From IMG/VR virus record IMGVR_UViG_3300011339_000539, positions 1-30,640 of that record: a stretch of 30,640 nucleotides of DNA. One strand, written 5' to 3'. Of the stretch, positions 7,057-14,993 are shown piece by piece (the stretch's first letter is position 1; every line of letters starts with the position of its first letter). Under the pieces are notes generated by a model that saw only the letters and a list, made by a program, of their open reading frames with translations, had not been told where the DNA came from and searched no databases. This DNA comes from a virus (taxonomy: Duplodnaviria > Caudoviricetes). The translations under genes and the position numbers were made by a program.

Positions 7057-8996
7057 ACAAAGCCCTTCGCTGCTAGAGGCATACCCTTGCTCCATGCTGG
7101 CACGTTGCAGACCAACGATTCCAGCTCCTTGACGTTGCTCGTGCCCTTCTTGCGCAGGGACAACAGCTCGTCGTGTACCGTGCCGATGACTGGGTATCCG
7201 TTGGTCTCGGCGGACAACATGCCTTCCTGCATCACGTCGAGCGCAATGGCCTGCACGATGTTCTCAATCAGCTTGCCACCGTAGGTCTTCTCGCGTACGA
7301 ACTGACCCTTGATCTCGGTGCGAAAGCTGATCTCATACGCTGGCTTACCCCAACGTTCTACAGGCACAGCGCGCGCATACGGATAACGGATGCTCCGGCC
7401 GGAGGGCAGCTCAACGCAGAGCCAGTGCTCCATCATGTAGAACTTGCACTTCAGTCCCTCGTACACGGTGCCTGGATGCCTGATGGCTCCAGCCACAAGG
7501 TTCTCCACGGTCTTCCAGCTTGCAACGATGGCCGGGACGCCCTTGCGGTACGTGGTCACAGCGCTTTTGGCGAACTCCTCTGTGATGATGACGCCAGCAT
7601 TGGCACAGTAGTCAACGAACTTCACACCACCTAGCTGATACCCACAACCCAACACTAAGTTCTTGGCGATACGTCGTTGCTCATCAGATACCTCAGACAC
7701 GTCCTTCAGCCGGAACAGCGTCACCGCCATGACCTTGTACACGTCCAGACCCTTGCGGTATGCAGCCAGGATGGTTTCTTCGCCTGCTACCCATGCCAGG
7801 ATACGCGCTTCGATAGCCGTATAGTCGACCACTGCAAGCTCGTACCCCGAAGGAGCACGGATGAACCCACGCATGCACTGACTGATGACGTCAATGGGCT
7901 TGTCGTACAGCAGTGTGAACAGGTCAGCGTCTTCGTACTCCAGCAGGTCAAACACCAGCTCGCGCTGATGGTCCTTGAGCATGCCCCGGATGAAGTTGTG
8001 TGGCTGCACTAGTCGGCCAGCGTAGCGACCCGTGTGCGCACCGTGATAGAGGAAGCCTCCCTGCACGACCCAGTCATCGGGGTCAGCGCAAGCCATCATA
8101 CTGATGAGCTTCTTGGTACTGGCCTTGCCTGCCTCAACACGGAGCTCCAACAGAGCACGGGTGCCAGCGTCCAGCTTGGTGTCCTTGAGTGCTTCCTCAA
8201 TGGTATTCTTCTGCATGTTCGCAATGTCAAGCCCACGCTCTGCGAACATCTCAATCATCTTGGCTACTTCCGTGGCCTTCAGACCACCAGTCAACGCGCT
8301 GACACGCTTACCAATGTCCTCCTCCAGCGTCTTCACTACCTTGAGTGCCTTGCGCACCAACGGTATATCAATCGGCAACCCACGATCGTTCATAGCCATG
8401 TCCAGCAGGAACATGCGACGCTGACGCGGTATCAGGTCTGGCAGGGCTTCGTCTAGCGCTACCTCGCCACGAACGTCTTGCTGGCAATACTCAATGAAGC
8501 GCTGGAACCGTGTGTCCTGCTCTGGGAGTATCCGTGTGCGTGCATCGGCCTTGGTGGGCTTGCGTGGGCTGCAGAACACCTTGATCAGCTTGCCACCTTC
8601 CAGGTCCTTCTCAACCTCCAGGCCAGCAGCCTTCAGCGCCTTCTCCAAGCTACGGGGCAGGCCGGATGCTGCTGCCTTGGCTGCGGTGCAGACCCACTGG
8701 TTATCCTTGATCTCGGGTGCGCTTGGGTGCATGCGGCGAAGGCACCAGCGCCACACAGCACGCTCAAAGGCTGCGTTGTGCGCACCTACCTTACCACCTT
8801 GCCTAACCCAGGACATTAGGCGTGCTGGTGGGGCTTCCTGGCGAGGCAACCAGACCTCTGGCTCACGCATGCCGGGGAGTTGGTAGCAGGCTATCAGCAC
8901 TTCCGTGGATGGGTGCCGTGCGTAGCGGTGCGCTCCAACCTTGCGGATGTCTATCTCTGAGAACGTCTCAAAGTCTAAGTGTCCGATGTCTGTCAT
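7032..8996 (-). CDS. Family A DNA polymerase with 3'-5' exonuclease
   Basis: LDFET, AHNAAFER, YCQQDV, HTGRYAG, DYTAIEARI, KNLVLGCGY and TVHDE motifs. Start placed at ATG 8996. Confidence 0.93.
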   Translation of the reverse strand: MTDIGHLDFETFSEIDIRKVGAHRYARHPSTEVLIACYQLPGMREPEVWLPRQEAPPARLMSWVRQGGKVGAHNAAFERAVWRWCLRRMHPSAPEIKDNQWVCTAAKAAASGLPRSLEKALKAAGLEVEKDLEGGKLIKVFCSPRKPTKADARTRILPEQDTRFQRFIEYCQQDVRGEVALDEALPDLIPRQRRMFLLDMAMNDRGLPIDIPLVRKALKVVKTLEEDIGKRVSALTGGLKATEVAKMIEMFAERGLDIANMQKNTIEEALKDTKLDAGTRALLELRVEAGKASTKKLISMMACADPDDWVVQGGFLYHGAHTGRYAGRLVQPHNFIRGMLKDHQRELVFDLLEYEDADLFTLLYDKPIDVISQCMRGFIRAPSGYELAVVDYTAIEARILAWVAGEETILAAYRKGLDVYKVMAVTLFRLKDVSEVSDEQRRIAKNLVLGCGYQLGGVKFVDYCANAGVIITEEFAKSAVTTYRKGVPAIVASWKTVENLVAGAIRHPGTVYEGLKCKFYMMEHWLCVELPSGRSIRYPYARAVPVERWGKPAYEISFRTEIKGQFVREKTYGGKLIENIVQAIALDVMQEGMLSAETNGYPVIGTVHDELLSLRKKGTSNVKELESLVCNVPAWSKGMPLAAKGFVCVRYRKD

Positions 8997-9016
8997 CTTG
9001 TATTCCCGAAAGTAAC

Positions 9017-9051
9017 TGTGGCCCCGAGGTACGAATACCAACGGGGCCACA
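9017..9051 (-). terminator. Strong hairpin (terminator/attenuator-like) upstream of the polymerase
   Basis: TGTGGCCCCG-TT-GGTA-TTCG-TACC-T-CGGGGCCACA, followed by only a weak U tract (GTTACTTT). Confidence 0.5.
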
Positions 9052-9070
9052 CGAGGGTGAAGGCCAGCTA

Positions 9071-9514
9071 TTAGGCCGGAGACACGGTCATGCCAGCGAC
9101 CTTGCTTTCGCCCGGTTCGAGGGACACAACACCCTTGGCGACCAGCGCGTACAGCACGACACGGAGCTTGCGGGTTTCGGTTTCCAGCTTGGCTGCGAGG
9201 TCCTTGCTGTTGATGCCCTTCTTGCTGCGCTTGAAGTGGGCAGTCACCGCATCGGCGATCTGTTGACGCTCGCCTTCAGCGAAGCTGATGGGGGCCTTCT
9301 TGGAAGGTGCCTTGGCTTCACCCAGGACGTCTTCGACCTTGGCTGCTTTCTTGGCAGGGGCTTTGACCTTAGCTTCAGGCTCTGCCTTGGCAGCTACCTT
9401 CTTCGCAGGCTTGGCTTCAGCTACGGGCGCAGCTTTCTTGGCTGTAGGAGCCTTCTTCGCCTTGGTTGCAGGTGCGTCACCCAACAGGTCATCGATATCG
9501 TTTGCTTTGCTCAT
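9071..9514 (-). CDS. Lys/Ala/Pro-rich histone-H1-like protein with probable C-terminal winged HTH
   Basis: PAKKAA-like repeats in the N-terminal half. The C-terminal INSKDLAAKLETETRKLRVVLYALVAKGVV fits a wHTH pattern. GGAG RBS. Confidence 0.65.
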   Translation of the reverse strand: MSKANDIDDLLGDAPATKAKKAPTAKKAAPVAEAKPAKKVAAKAEPEAKVKAPAKKAAKVEDVLGEAKAPSKKAPISFAEGERQQIADAVTAHFKRSKKGINSKDLAAKLETETRKLRVVLYALVAKGVVSLEPGESKVAGMTVSPA

Positions 9515-9578
9515 GTGAAATACTCCATTTGGTTAGGTTGAGGTGCCCCAGAACCCTGAGGCGCGGTGTGCTCACATT

Positions 9579-10184
9579 CTAGAGCAAATCGTCAATGTCT
9601 TCATCGTTGCGGGAAGCCTTCTTGGGTGCAGCCTTCTTGCCCTTGGCTGCTTTGAAGTCGTCCTCAGCAGCAGGGTCACCAGACAGACGATCACCGTCGT
9701 CCAGCTTCTGCACGTTGATCAGGTAGAAGGCCACGCCCTTGGACTCGTTGTCGTAGGCAAACGGACGGCACGAAACACGGGCACGCATACCGTCGTAGAT
9801 TTCCGACTTGTCCATGATCGGCTCAGCGTCAGCGTCCACGATACCGGGTTTGTCTTTGGACTTGAAGCCCACAGAGCAGCCTGGATTCTCGAAGCCGGGG
9901 ATTGGGTTGTCGTCGTCGTCAACCTTGTCTGCGTTGTCAACGAAAGGCCAGTTCATCTTGCCCTTCTTCACGAGCTCGGGGAACTTGGGGCCGAACTTCT
10001 CGATGCCTGCTTCTTGTGCTGCACGCTTCATGGCCTTGACGTCGGTGTCCTCGTCGAAGATCAGAGTGATCTGGTACTTGGGGTCACCAGACACAACACC
10101 CTTGGAATCCTTGCGTGCACGAGGAATGAGTACGTTGACATAGCGGGCAGTGCCCTCGGGGGAATGGAGTCGGTTGGAAGCCAT
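9579..10184 (-). CDS. ssDNA-binding protein (DUF2815 / T7 gp2.5-like)
   Basis: PKYQITLIF, KPGIVD, EIYDGMRARVS, KGVAFYLINVQKLDDGDRL and an acidic tail. Located between DUF2800 and the polymerase. Confidence 0.85.
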   Translation of the reverse strand: MASNRLHSPEGTARYVNVLIPRARKDSKGVVSGDPKYQITLIFDEDTDVKAMKRAAQEAGIEKFGPKFPELVKKGKMNWPFVDNADKVDDDDNPIPGFENPGCSVGFKSKDKPGIVDADAEPIMDKSEIYDGMRARVSCRPFAYDNESKGVAFYLINVQKLDDGDRLSGDPAAEDDFKAAKGKKAAPKKASRNDEDIDDLL

Positions 10185-10235
10185 AGTGGTCTTTCAGGTT
10201 AGTTGAGGATAGTGTGCGTGGCGTGTTCGTTAGAA

Positions 10236-10292
10236 CAGGCACTGAGGAGGTACGTCACGGAAGAGACCTTCCAGGCACTGAGGATTCTATCA
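10236..10292 (-). promoter_or_regulatory. Extended -10 promoter with a 13-bp direct repeat
   Basis: TGATAGAAT at 10292-10284. CAGGCACTGAGGA occurs at 10236-10248 and 10272-10284. Confidence 0.5.
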
Positions 10293-10350
10293 AAGCGCCG
10301 ACGTTGTTATCTCGGTGGCATTGCCACGCACAACTGAAGTGTCTTGGGTT

Positions 10351-10752
10351 TCAGGATTCAGTGCTGGCTTTGCGGATGCTAGGCTTGGTCTCCGTGTAGC
10401 CGACAACTGGTTTCAGTGGGTCGGTGAAGTCGTCACCAGCACTGCCACGCACCTTCTTGGGCCAGAGCTTCTTGCTACGTAGCAGCTTCTCAGCTTGGGC
10501 AGGGCTAAGGAGCTCCACCGTGTACCGTTCGCGCTTGGCAAGACCCAGCTCCTCCAGCGTGGTGTTGGCTGCTTCTTCGTCTTTCCACATGCGTCTGGCG
10601 TTCGTGGTGCAGGCCTCGTATCCGGGGATGACGGTGCCAGCATGCACCAGCTTGATGGCGTGCTCTCGTACAGCCTCGCCTATCTTCTCCATCATCGCCA
10701 GTGTGTCCAGCATCTGGGCTATCTGCTTGGGTGTGAGGGAACCGGGCTTCAT
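10351..10752 (-). CDS. C-terminal part of a DUF2800 protein, encoded separately
   Basis: GTVIPGY...RRMWKDEE...LLSPAQAEK resembles the DUF2800 C-terminus. Has its own AGGAGG RBS and an ATGA overlap. Confidence 0.7.
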   Translation of the reverse strand: MKPGSLTPKQIAQMLDTLAMMEKIGEAVREHAIKLVHAGTVIPGYEACTTNARRMWKDEEAANTTLEELGLAKRERYTVELLSPAQAEKLLRSKKLWPKKVRGSAGDDFTDPLKPVVGYTETKPSIRKASTES

Positions 10753-11495
10753 GAGAACTCCTCCTGTGCCTTCTTCATCACGAGCTTGTACTGTGCTTCG
10801 CAGTTACCGTTCGCTGCGCAGTAGTGGCAGTGCGCACCAGCCACACGGGGAGCACCCTTGCCCAGCGCAAGCGGTACCACCGGACGCACCACCTTGTCTA
10901 CCCACTGCATCACCTTGACGTCGGTCATGGCAGGTGCTTCTTGCACTGGCTTGCGCTTGGCCAGACGAGGCTGAACCACCACCTTGCGATACCGTTGGTA
11001 TCTACCACGCTGAGCACGCATACCCACGGCATAGAGCAGGAGCTGGCTGTTGTCCTTGACCGACACGCTGATGCCGACGCCATGCTTGTAGTCGAGCACT
11101 ACACACTCGGTCGGGTAGTTGTCCAAGATGATGTCGCTCGTGCCGAAGCCTTCTTCATCAGTGGCTCCGATGGCTGCACCGAATGCAACGGTGTGCTCCA
11201 CCAGCACCTTGGTCTTGGGGTTGTTCGCCACGTAAGCCTGTACGTAGTCCAGCGCGTAGCCAACACCGTCGGTCATGCCTTCGTCGACAGGCATGTGTCC
11301 TGGCTCCAGCGTGTCACCGAAGAAGTCCTCTGGCTGCGCACCTAGACGGAGGCAGACCTCCAGGAGCGCGTGCGCACTGGTGCCCTCCAGCGCGTGGATG
11401 CTCTGCTCCCATGGTTTACCCACGTTGGCTTCCACGCTGCCTGGACACACCAACCAGCGATGAGACGCGCTCGGGCTGAGTATGGCGTGCTTCAT
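10749..11495 (-). CDS. DUF2800 Cas4-like PD-(D/E)xK exonuclease (nuclease domain)
   Basis: HAILSPSASHRWLVCPGS, EGTSAH, GFGTSD, LDYKHG, QLLLYA and HCHYC...C motifs. Confidence 0.88.
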   Translation of the reverse strand: MKHAILSPSASHRWLVCPGSVEANVGKPWEQSIHALEGTSAHALLEVCLRLGAQPEDFFGDTLEPGHMPVDEGMTDGVGYALDYVQAYVANNPKTKVLVEHTVAFGAAIGATDEEGFGTSDIILDNYPTECVVLDYKHGVGISVSVKDNSQLLLYAVGMRAQRGRYQRYRKVVVQPRLAKRKPVQEAPAMTDVKVMQWVDKVVRPVVPLALGKGAPRVAGAHCHYCAANGNCEAQYKLVMKKAQEEFS

Positions 11496-11496
11496 A

Positions 11497-12042
11497 TCAG
11501 TCTGTCAGGCCAGTGTCTTCACCGACGATACGGACGTGCGCAAGGTCAGCAGCACACGTACCGTTCAGTCCTTGCTCGAGCGTTGCAGTGACAGGCGTCT
11601 GCGTAGGCGCGAAGCCGGGATGTTGGCGAGTGTCCACGCCTGCCAGCAGTTGCAAGAACCGAGCTGCACCTTCGTTGGCAACACCGTGAGGGCAACCCGC
11701 GTCGAACGCAGACATGGCGATGTTGCAGTGCCACGCCCAAGCATAGTCAGGGTCCTTGCGCATAGCGTTGATGAATGTAGCAACGGAGGCGTCCAGTTCC
11801 ATGGCCAGCGGGTTCGTCGGGTCGGTCTCGACATACGCACGGTCGAACTGTTCCTTTGGCGACCAGGACACGTATCCAGCGTGAGTCGTGGTGTTGGGCT
11901 TACCACCATCAGTGTACTCGACCAAGTAGCCTTCGTCAGCACCGTTCTCGTCAGCAGGCAGGGTCCAGCCACGCACGTTGTTGTACTCGAGGCGGTTCAT
12001 GGGTGTGGCACGCAACACCTTCGTTCCAATATACGTCTTCAT
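11497..12042 (-). CDS. Two-domain conserved phage protein
   Basis: N-terminal YIGTK...GYLVEY...YVSWSPKEQFDRAY domain and C-terminal DPDYAWAWHCNIAM...ANEGAARF domain. GGAG RBS. Confidence 0.75.
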   Translation of the reverse strand: MKTYIGTKVLRATPMNRLEYNNVRGWTLPADENGADEGYLVEYTDGGKPNTTTHAGYVSWSPKEQFDRAYVETDPTNPLAMELDASVATFINAMRKDPDYAWAWHCNIAMSAFDAGCPHGVANEGAARFLQLLAGVDTRQHPGFAPTQTPVTATLEQGLNGTCAADLAHVRIVGEDTGLTD

Positions 12043-12055
12043 GTGATATCTCCAG

Positions 12056-12079
12056 AAAAGTATGGGGGCCTGAGCCCCC
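12056..12079 (-). terminator. Probable Rho-independent terminator
   Basis: GGGGGC-TCAG-GCCCCC followed by ATACTTTT on the minus strand. Confidence 0.55.
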
Positions 12080-12099
12080 GAGTTTGCCTAGCTGCAGGA

Positions 12100-12723
12100 T
12101 TACAGCAGGTCGTCGTCACCGCCATCAGCATCTTCAGGCATGGCCTGTTCGTAAGCGGCGATGGCAGTAGCGTAGTCGTCTTCTTCCATCTCGCTGGGTT
12201 TGCCCAACTTCTTGGAGAGCTTCAGGTACGCTGGCTTGTCGGCCGCAATGAGGGCCTTGGCTGCTTCGTTCACGTCGTCCAGTGTGGGGCCTGCCTTCTT
12301 CGCTTTGCCCTTGGCTGCTGGCTTGGCTTTGGGTGCAGGCTCGTCTTCTTCATCGATGAATTCCTGCGCCTTGTCCACCAGCTCTTGGTACTGGCTTTCG
12401 TCCACGTCGGCCAGCTTGCCAGCCCCAACGGATTCCAGTGCTTCAACCCTCTTTTCCTTGCCCTTGGCTTCCACCAGTTCCTTGAGCTTGGTGCGCACGT
12501 CGTCGATGCTCAGCTCGTCCTGTTCCGCTTGCGCTTTCTTCGCTGCGGGTTTGGTTGCTGGCTTGGGGGTAGACTTGGCTCCCCGTACAGGTTTCGCAGC
12601 CTCTCCATCGACTCCTTCACTCTCTGCATCGCTTCCACCAGATCGAAAGGTGCCAGCCAATGCCATGAAAGCCTCGCTGATGATGTCGAGTTGCTCCGCG
12701 ACCTTCTTGCTATTGATACTCAT
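12100..12723 (-). CDS. Acidic replication-module protein with two tandem helical repeats (ORF is open upstream to 12999)
   Basis: CAGGAG RBS before ATG 12723. Repeats LSIDDVR...YQELVDKA and TLDDVN...YATAIAA are joined by Lys-rich linkers, and the protein ends in DDDLL. Confidence 0.7.
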   Translation of the reverse strand: MSINSKKVAEQLDIISEAFMALAGTFRSGGSDAESEGVDGEAAKPVRGAKSTPKPATKPAAKKAQAEQDELSIDDVRTKLKELVEAKGKEKRVEALESVGAGKLADVDESQYQELVDKAQEFIDEEDEPAPKAKPAAKGKAKKAGPTLDDVNEAAKALIAADKPAYLKLSKKLGKPSEMEEDDYATAIAAYEQAMPEDADGGDDDLL

Positions 12724-12999
12724 GTTCAAACACTCCTGAATTGCAGCCCGAATGCCGGGGCTGCTAGCGGCTTGGTAAATTGTCGTGGCACCGTCTGGAT
12801 TGATACTCCACCAGCACGGGTGCCCTGATATCTTGAGTGCAGCCTTGTCGCGCCACACGCTCTTCGTGACTTCCCCTATCTGTTGCCATGTTGGTTTCAC
12901 AGAGGGGCAGGCATCGTACAGCGTCTGTCCTTGCCTGTCCAATTGCGATGCGGTGTACTTGTGGGCTACCCGCATGGCTGCACGATGCAGGGGGTCCAT

Positions 13000-13938
13000 T
13001 TAGGCTGTCGCTGCCTTCTTGCTGGCACGGGTGAGGGCCTTCAGCGGGGTATCCGCTACCACCTTGAGTGCTGGCTTGCGTTTAGTCACCACAGCGTCCT
13101 TGAAGTCATCTGCTGCCTTGGGGAAGTCCATACCCCACTCAGCAGCCACCACGATGCTACGGGCGATAGGCCAGATCATCTGCATGAAGGACTCACGCTC
13201 GTCAGCCATGAGCGCACGGAACTGTTCTGAGAGCATCATCGCTGCTGTTTCCTTGGGCTTGCGTGCCGCACGTTGGTCAGCCTTCAGACCCTTGCCTGTA
13301 TCGGGCAACCACTTGATGGGGTCTTCGCCATCCTCGTCGTCTTCGGTACCATCGGTATCACGTGCTACACCACCAGTACGACCCATGTCGAACACGCTGT
13401 TGGTGAGGGTACTCACGTCCACATCCGTCTTGGGCTTGGCACGCAACAGGCCAGCATCTTCCAGCTCTTCCTTGAGCATACCTCGGGTGAAGTCTGCCTC
13501 GGTCTCGATGCGCTTGATGAGCTTGGTGTTGCGGCTGTCTATGGTCTTCAGCAGCAGGGTGATGACCTCGTTGGAGATACCCAGCTTTTTGCAGGCCTCA
13601 CGCTGGGTGATACCGTGGTCGCGGTGCAGGCGTGCCCCTACGAGCGCACGTTGCAGGCTGCTGAGCTTGCGACGCAGCACGTTACAGGAGGCGATGTAAC
13701 CAGCGGGGTCCTTACCCTTGTACTCGATGAACTTCAGCTCACTACCTGTACGCTTGGCAGCACGGTAACGGTGCCACCCATCCAGCACCATACCTTCGTA
13801 CAGAGAGGCAGGGAATAGGATACCACGTTCTTCTACGTCGGCACAGAAGGCGTCGAACTCGGTGTCGTCCATGCCTCCAGGCATGAGTGCAAGGGCTACA
13901 GGGTGTTGCTTGTATTCGGGGAGCTTGTAAACTGACAT
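13000..13938 (-). CDS. ParB-like protein (ParB/Srx N-terminal domain plus HTH)
   Basis: GILFP...VLDGWHRYRAA...NVLRRKLS, then HTH ITQREACKKLGISNEVITLL. AAGGA RBS before ATG 13938. Confidence 0.8.
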   Translation of the reverse strand: MSVYKLPEYKQHPVALALMPGGMDDTEFDAFCADVEERGILFPASLYEGMVLDGWHRYRAAKRTGSELKFIEYKGKDPAGYIASCNVLRRKLSSLQRALVGARLHRDHGITQREACKKLGISNEVITLLLKTIDSRNTKLIKRIETEADFTRGMLKEELEDAGLLRAKPKTDVDVSTLTNSVFDMGRTGGVARDTDGTEDDEDGEDPIKWLPDTGKGLKADQRAARKPKETAAMMLSEQFRALMADERESFMQMIWPIARSIVVAAEWGMDFPKAADDFKDAVVTKRKPALKVVADTPLKALTRASKKAATA

Positions 13939-14022
13939 GTTGATGGTTCCTTGTTTCACGTTGATGTTGTGTCCGTGAAAGGGTATCCGGCCTTATAGCA
14001 CGGTTCCTTTCACGTGGGTATT

Positions 14023-14418
14023 TTAACCTATTGCCAATCCTGACTTTTTCGCTTGAGGCATGCGGTCCTTGATGCGCTGCCTGTTGGCTTCCAGGGCCTC
14101 TGGTGTGGGGTGCCAGCACTGCCACCAGCTAGCAGGCATTCGGGGTAAGGCAGGCACGCTGGAATATTGAGGGCTCCAGCCCCTGCTACGCATCTCAAGA
14201 TAGATGGCGTCGAACCGTTGCGCAAGCCACTCCAGTCGAGCGTAGAAGAACTTCACATGACCCTTGCCTAGCAGGTACTCTTGTGGGTACGTAGCAGGGT
14301 CTTCACCCCGTTGGTAAGCAGCGTAGGCCAGCTTGAAGACACGGGGGAGCTCCCGGTATTCGGCCCCCAGATGTTTGTCATGCAGCTCTTGCACTGGGAC
14401 ACAGTTGATGCGAGTCAT
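14023..14418 (-). CDS. denV: Pyrimidine dimer DNA glycosylase / endonuclease V (T4 DenV-like)
   Basis: MTRIN...HLGAEYRELPRVF...LGKGHVKFFY closely follows T4 DenV. Confidence 0.92.
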   Translation of the reverse strand: MTRINCVPVQELHDKHLGAEYRELPRVFKLAYAAYQRGEDPATYPQEYLLGKGHVKFFYARLEWLAQRFDAIYLEMRSRGWSPQYSSVPALPRMPASWWQCWHPTPEALEANRQRIKDRMPQAKKSGLAIG

Positions 14419-14628
14419 TTAGGCCACCACGTTGAAGTGCATGAACATGCGTTGCTCGACAGCAAGGTTGCCGAAGAACACGGGGAAGAACCTGCCCTCT
14501 GGCGTGCGCTGGATGAAGTACATCATGCCGTCGTTGTCGGAAGCTGGTGCCACCTTCTCAACAGCCTTGACAGCGTTGGCTTCAGTAGCATAGGTCTTGT
14601 TCGGTGTGATGGTGAGTAAGCGTGCCAT
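14419..14628 (-). CDS. Hypothetical protein (69 aa)
   Basis: AAAGGAA RBS before ATG 14628, and the stop abuts the denV start. Confidence 0.7.
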   Translation of the reverse strand: MARLLTITPNKTYATEANAVKAVEKVAPASDNDGMMYFIQRTPEGRFFPVFFGNLAVEQRMFMHFNVVA

Positions 14629-14657
14629 GATAAAGTTCCTTTCAGTGGGGTTGATGA

Positions 14658-14840
14658 TTATTTCCAGGTGCGAGCCACGATGGTCCAGCCGTTCTTGCGA
14701 GCTGTACGAGCGCTGCACACAACAGCCTCACCGGACTGGGTGAAGCAGGCGCAAGGACGAGCACGGTTAGCGTTGAACAGGGCTTCTGCAGCAGCTTCGA
14801 TGTTGGAAGAAACGAAGGTGGGGACGAGCTTGATAGACAT
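14658..14840 (-). CDS. Hypothetical protein (60 aa), paralog of 849-1175
   Basis: AAGGA RBS and RARP...GEAVVCSARTARKNGWTI motif. Confidence 0.7.
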   Translation of the reverse strand: MSIKLVPTFVSSNIEAAAEALFNANRARPCACFTQSGEAVVCSARTARKNGWTIVARTWK

Positions 14841-14886
14841 GATTGATTTCCTTGAAAAACGTTGTTGATGAGTTAATGTCGAGGTT

Positions 14887-14942
14887 TTCAAGACTCCTTC
14901 CAAGACCTTTCGCAAAGACTTATCAAGATGTAGGGTTATTCA
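14887..14942 (-). repeat. Upstream regulatory repeat copy B, probable early promoter region
   Basis: Aligns with 1239-1295 and heads the leftward arm. Confidence 0.8.
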
Positions 14943-14955
14943 TGACCAGCAGGCG

Positions 14956-14993
14956 AAAAAGAAGCCCCCAGAGGCTTGCACCAGTGGGGGCTT
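14956..14993 (-). terminator. Rho-independent terminator in the divergent intergenic region
   Basis: AAGCCCCCA...TGGGGGCTT stem followed by CTTTTT on the minus strand. Confidence 0.55.

Noticed and set aside
10749-11495. CRISPR-Cas link from the Cas4-like nuclease
   Set aside because: No repeat-spacer array or other cas genes. DUF2800 is a standard member of this replication block.
11482-12828. 448-aa plus-strand ORF
   Set aside because: Antisense to two well-supported minus-strand genes, with no RBS or motif support.
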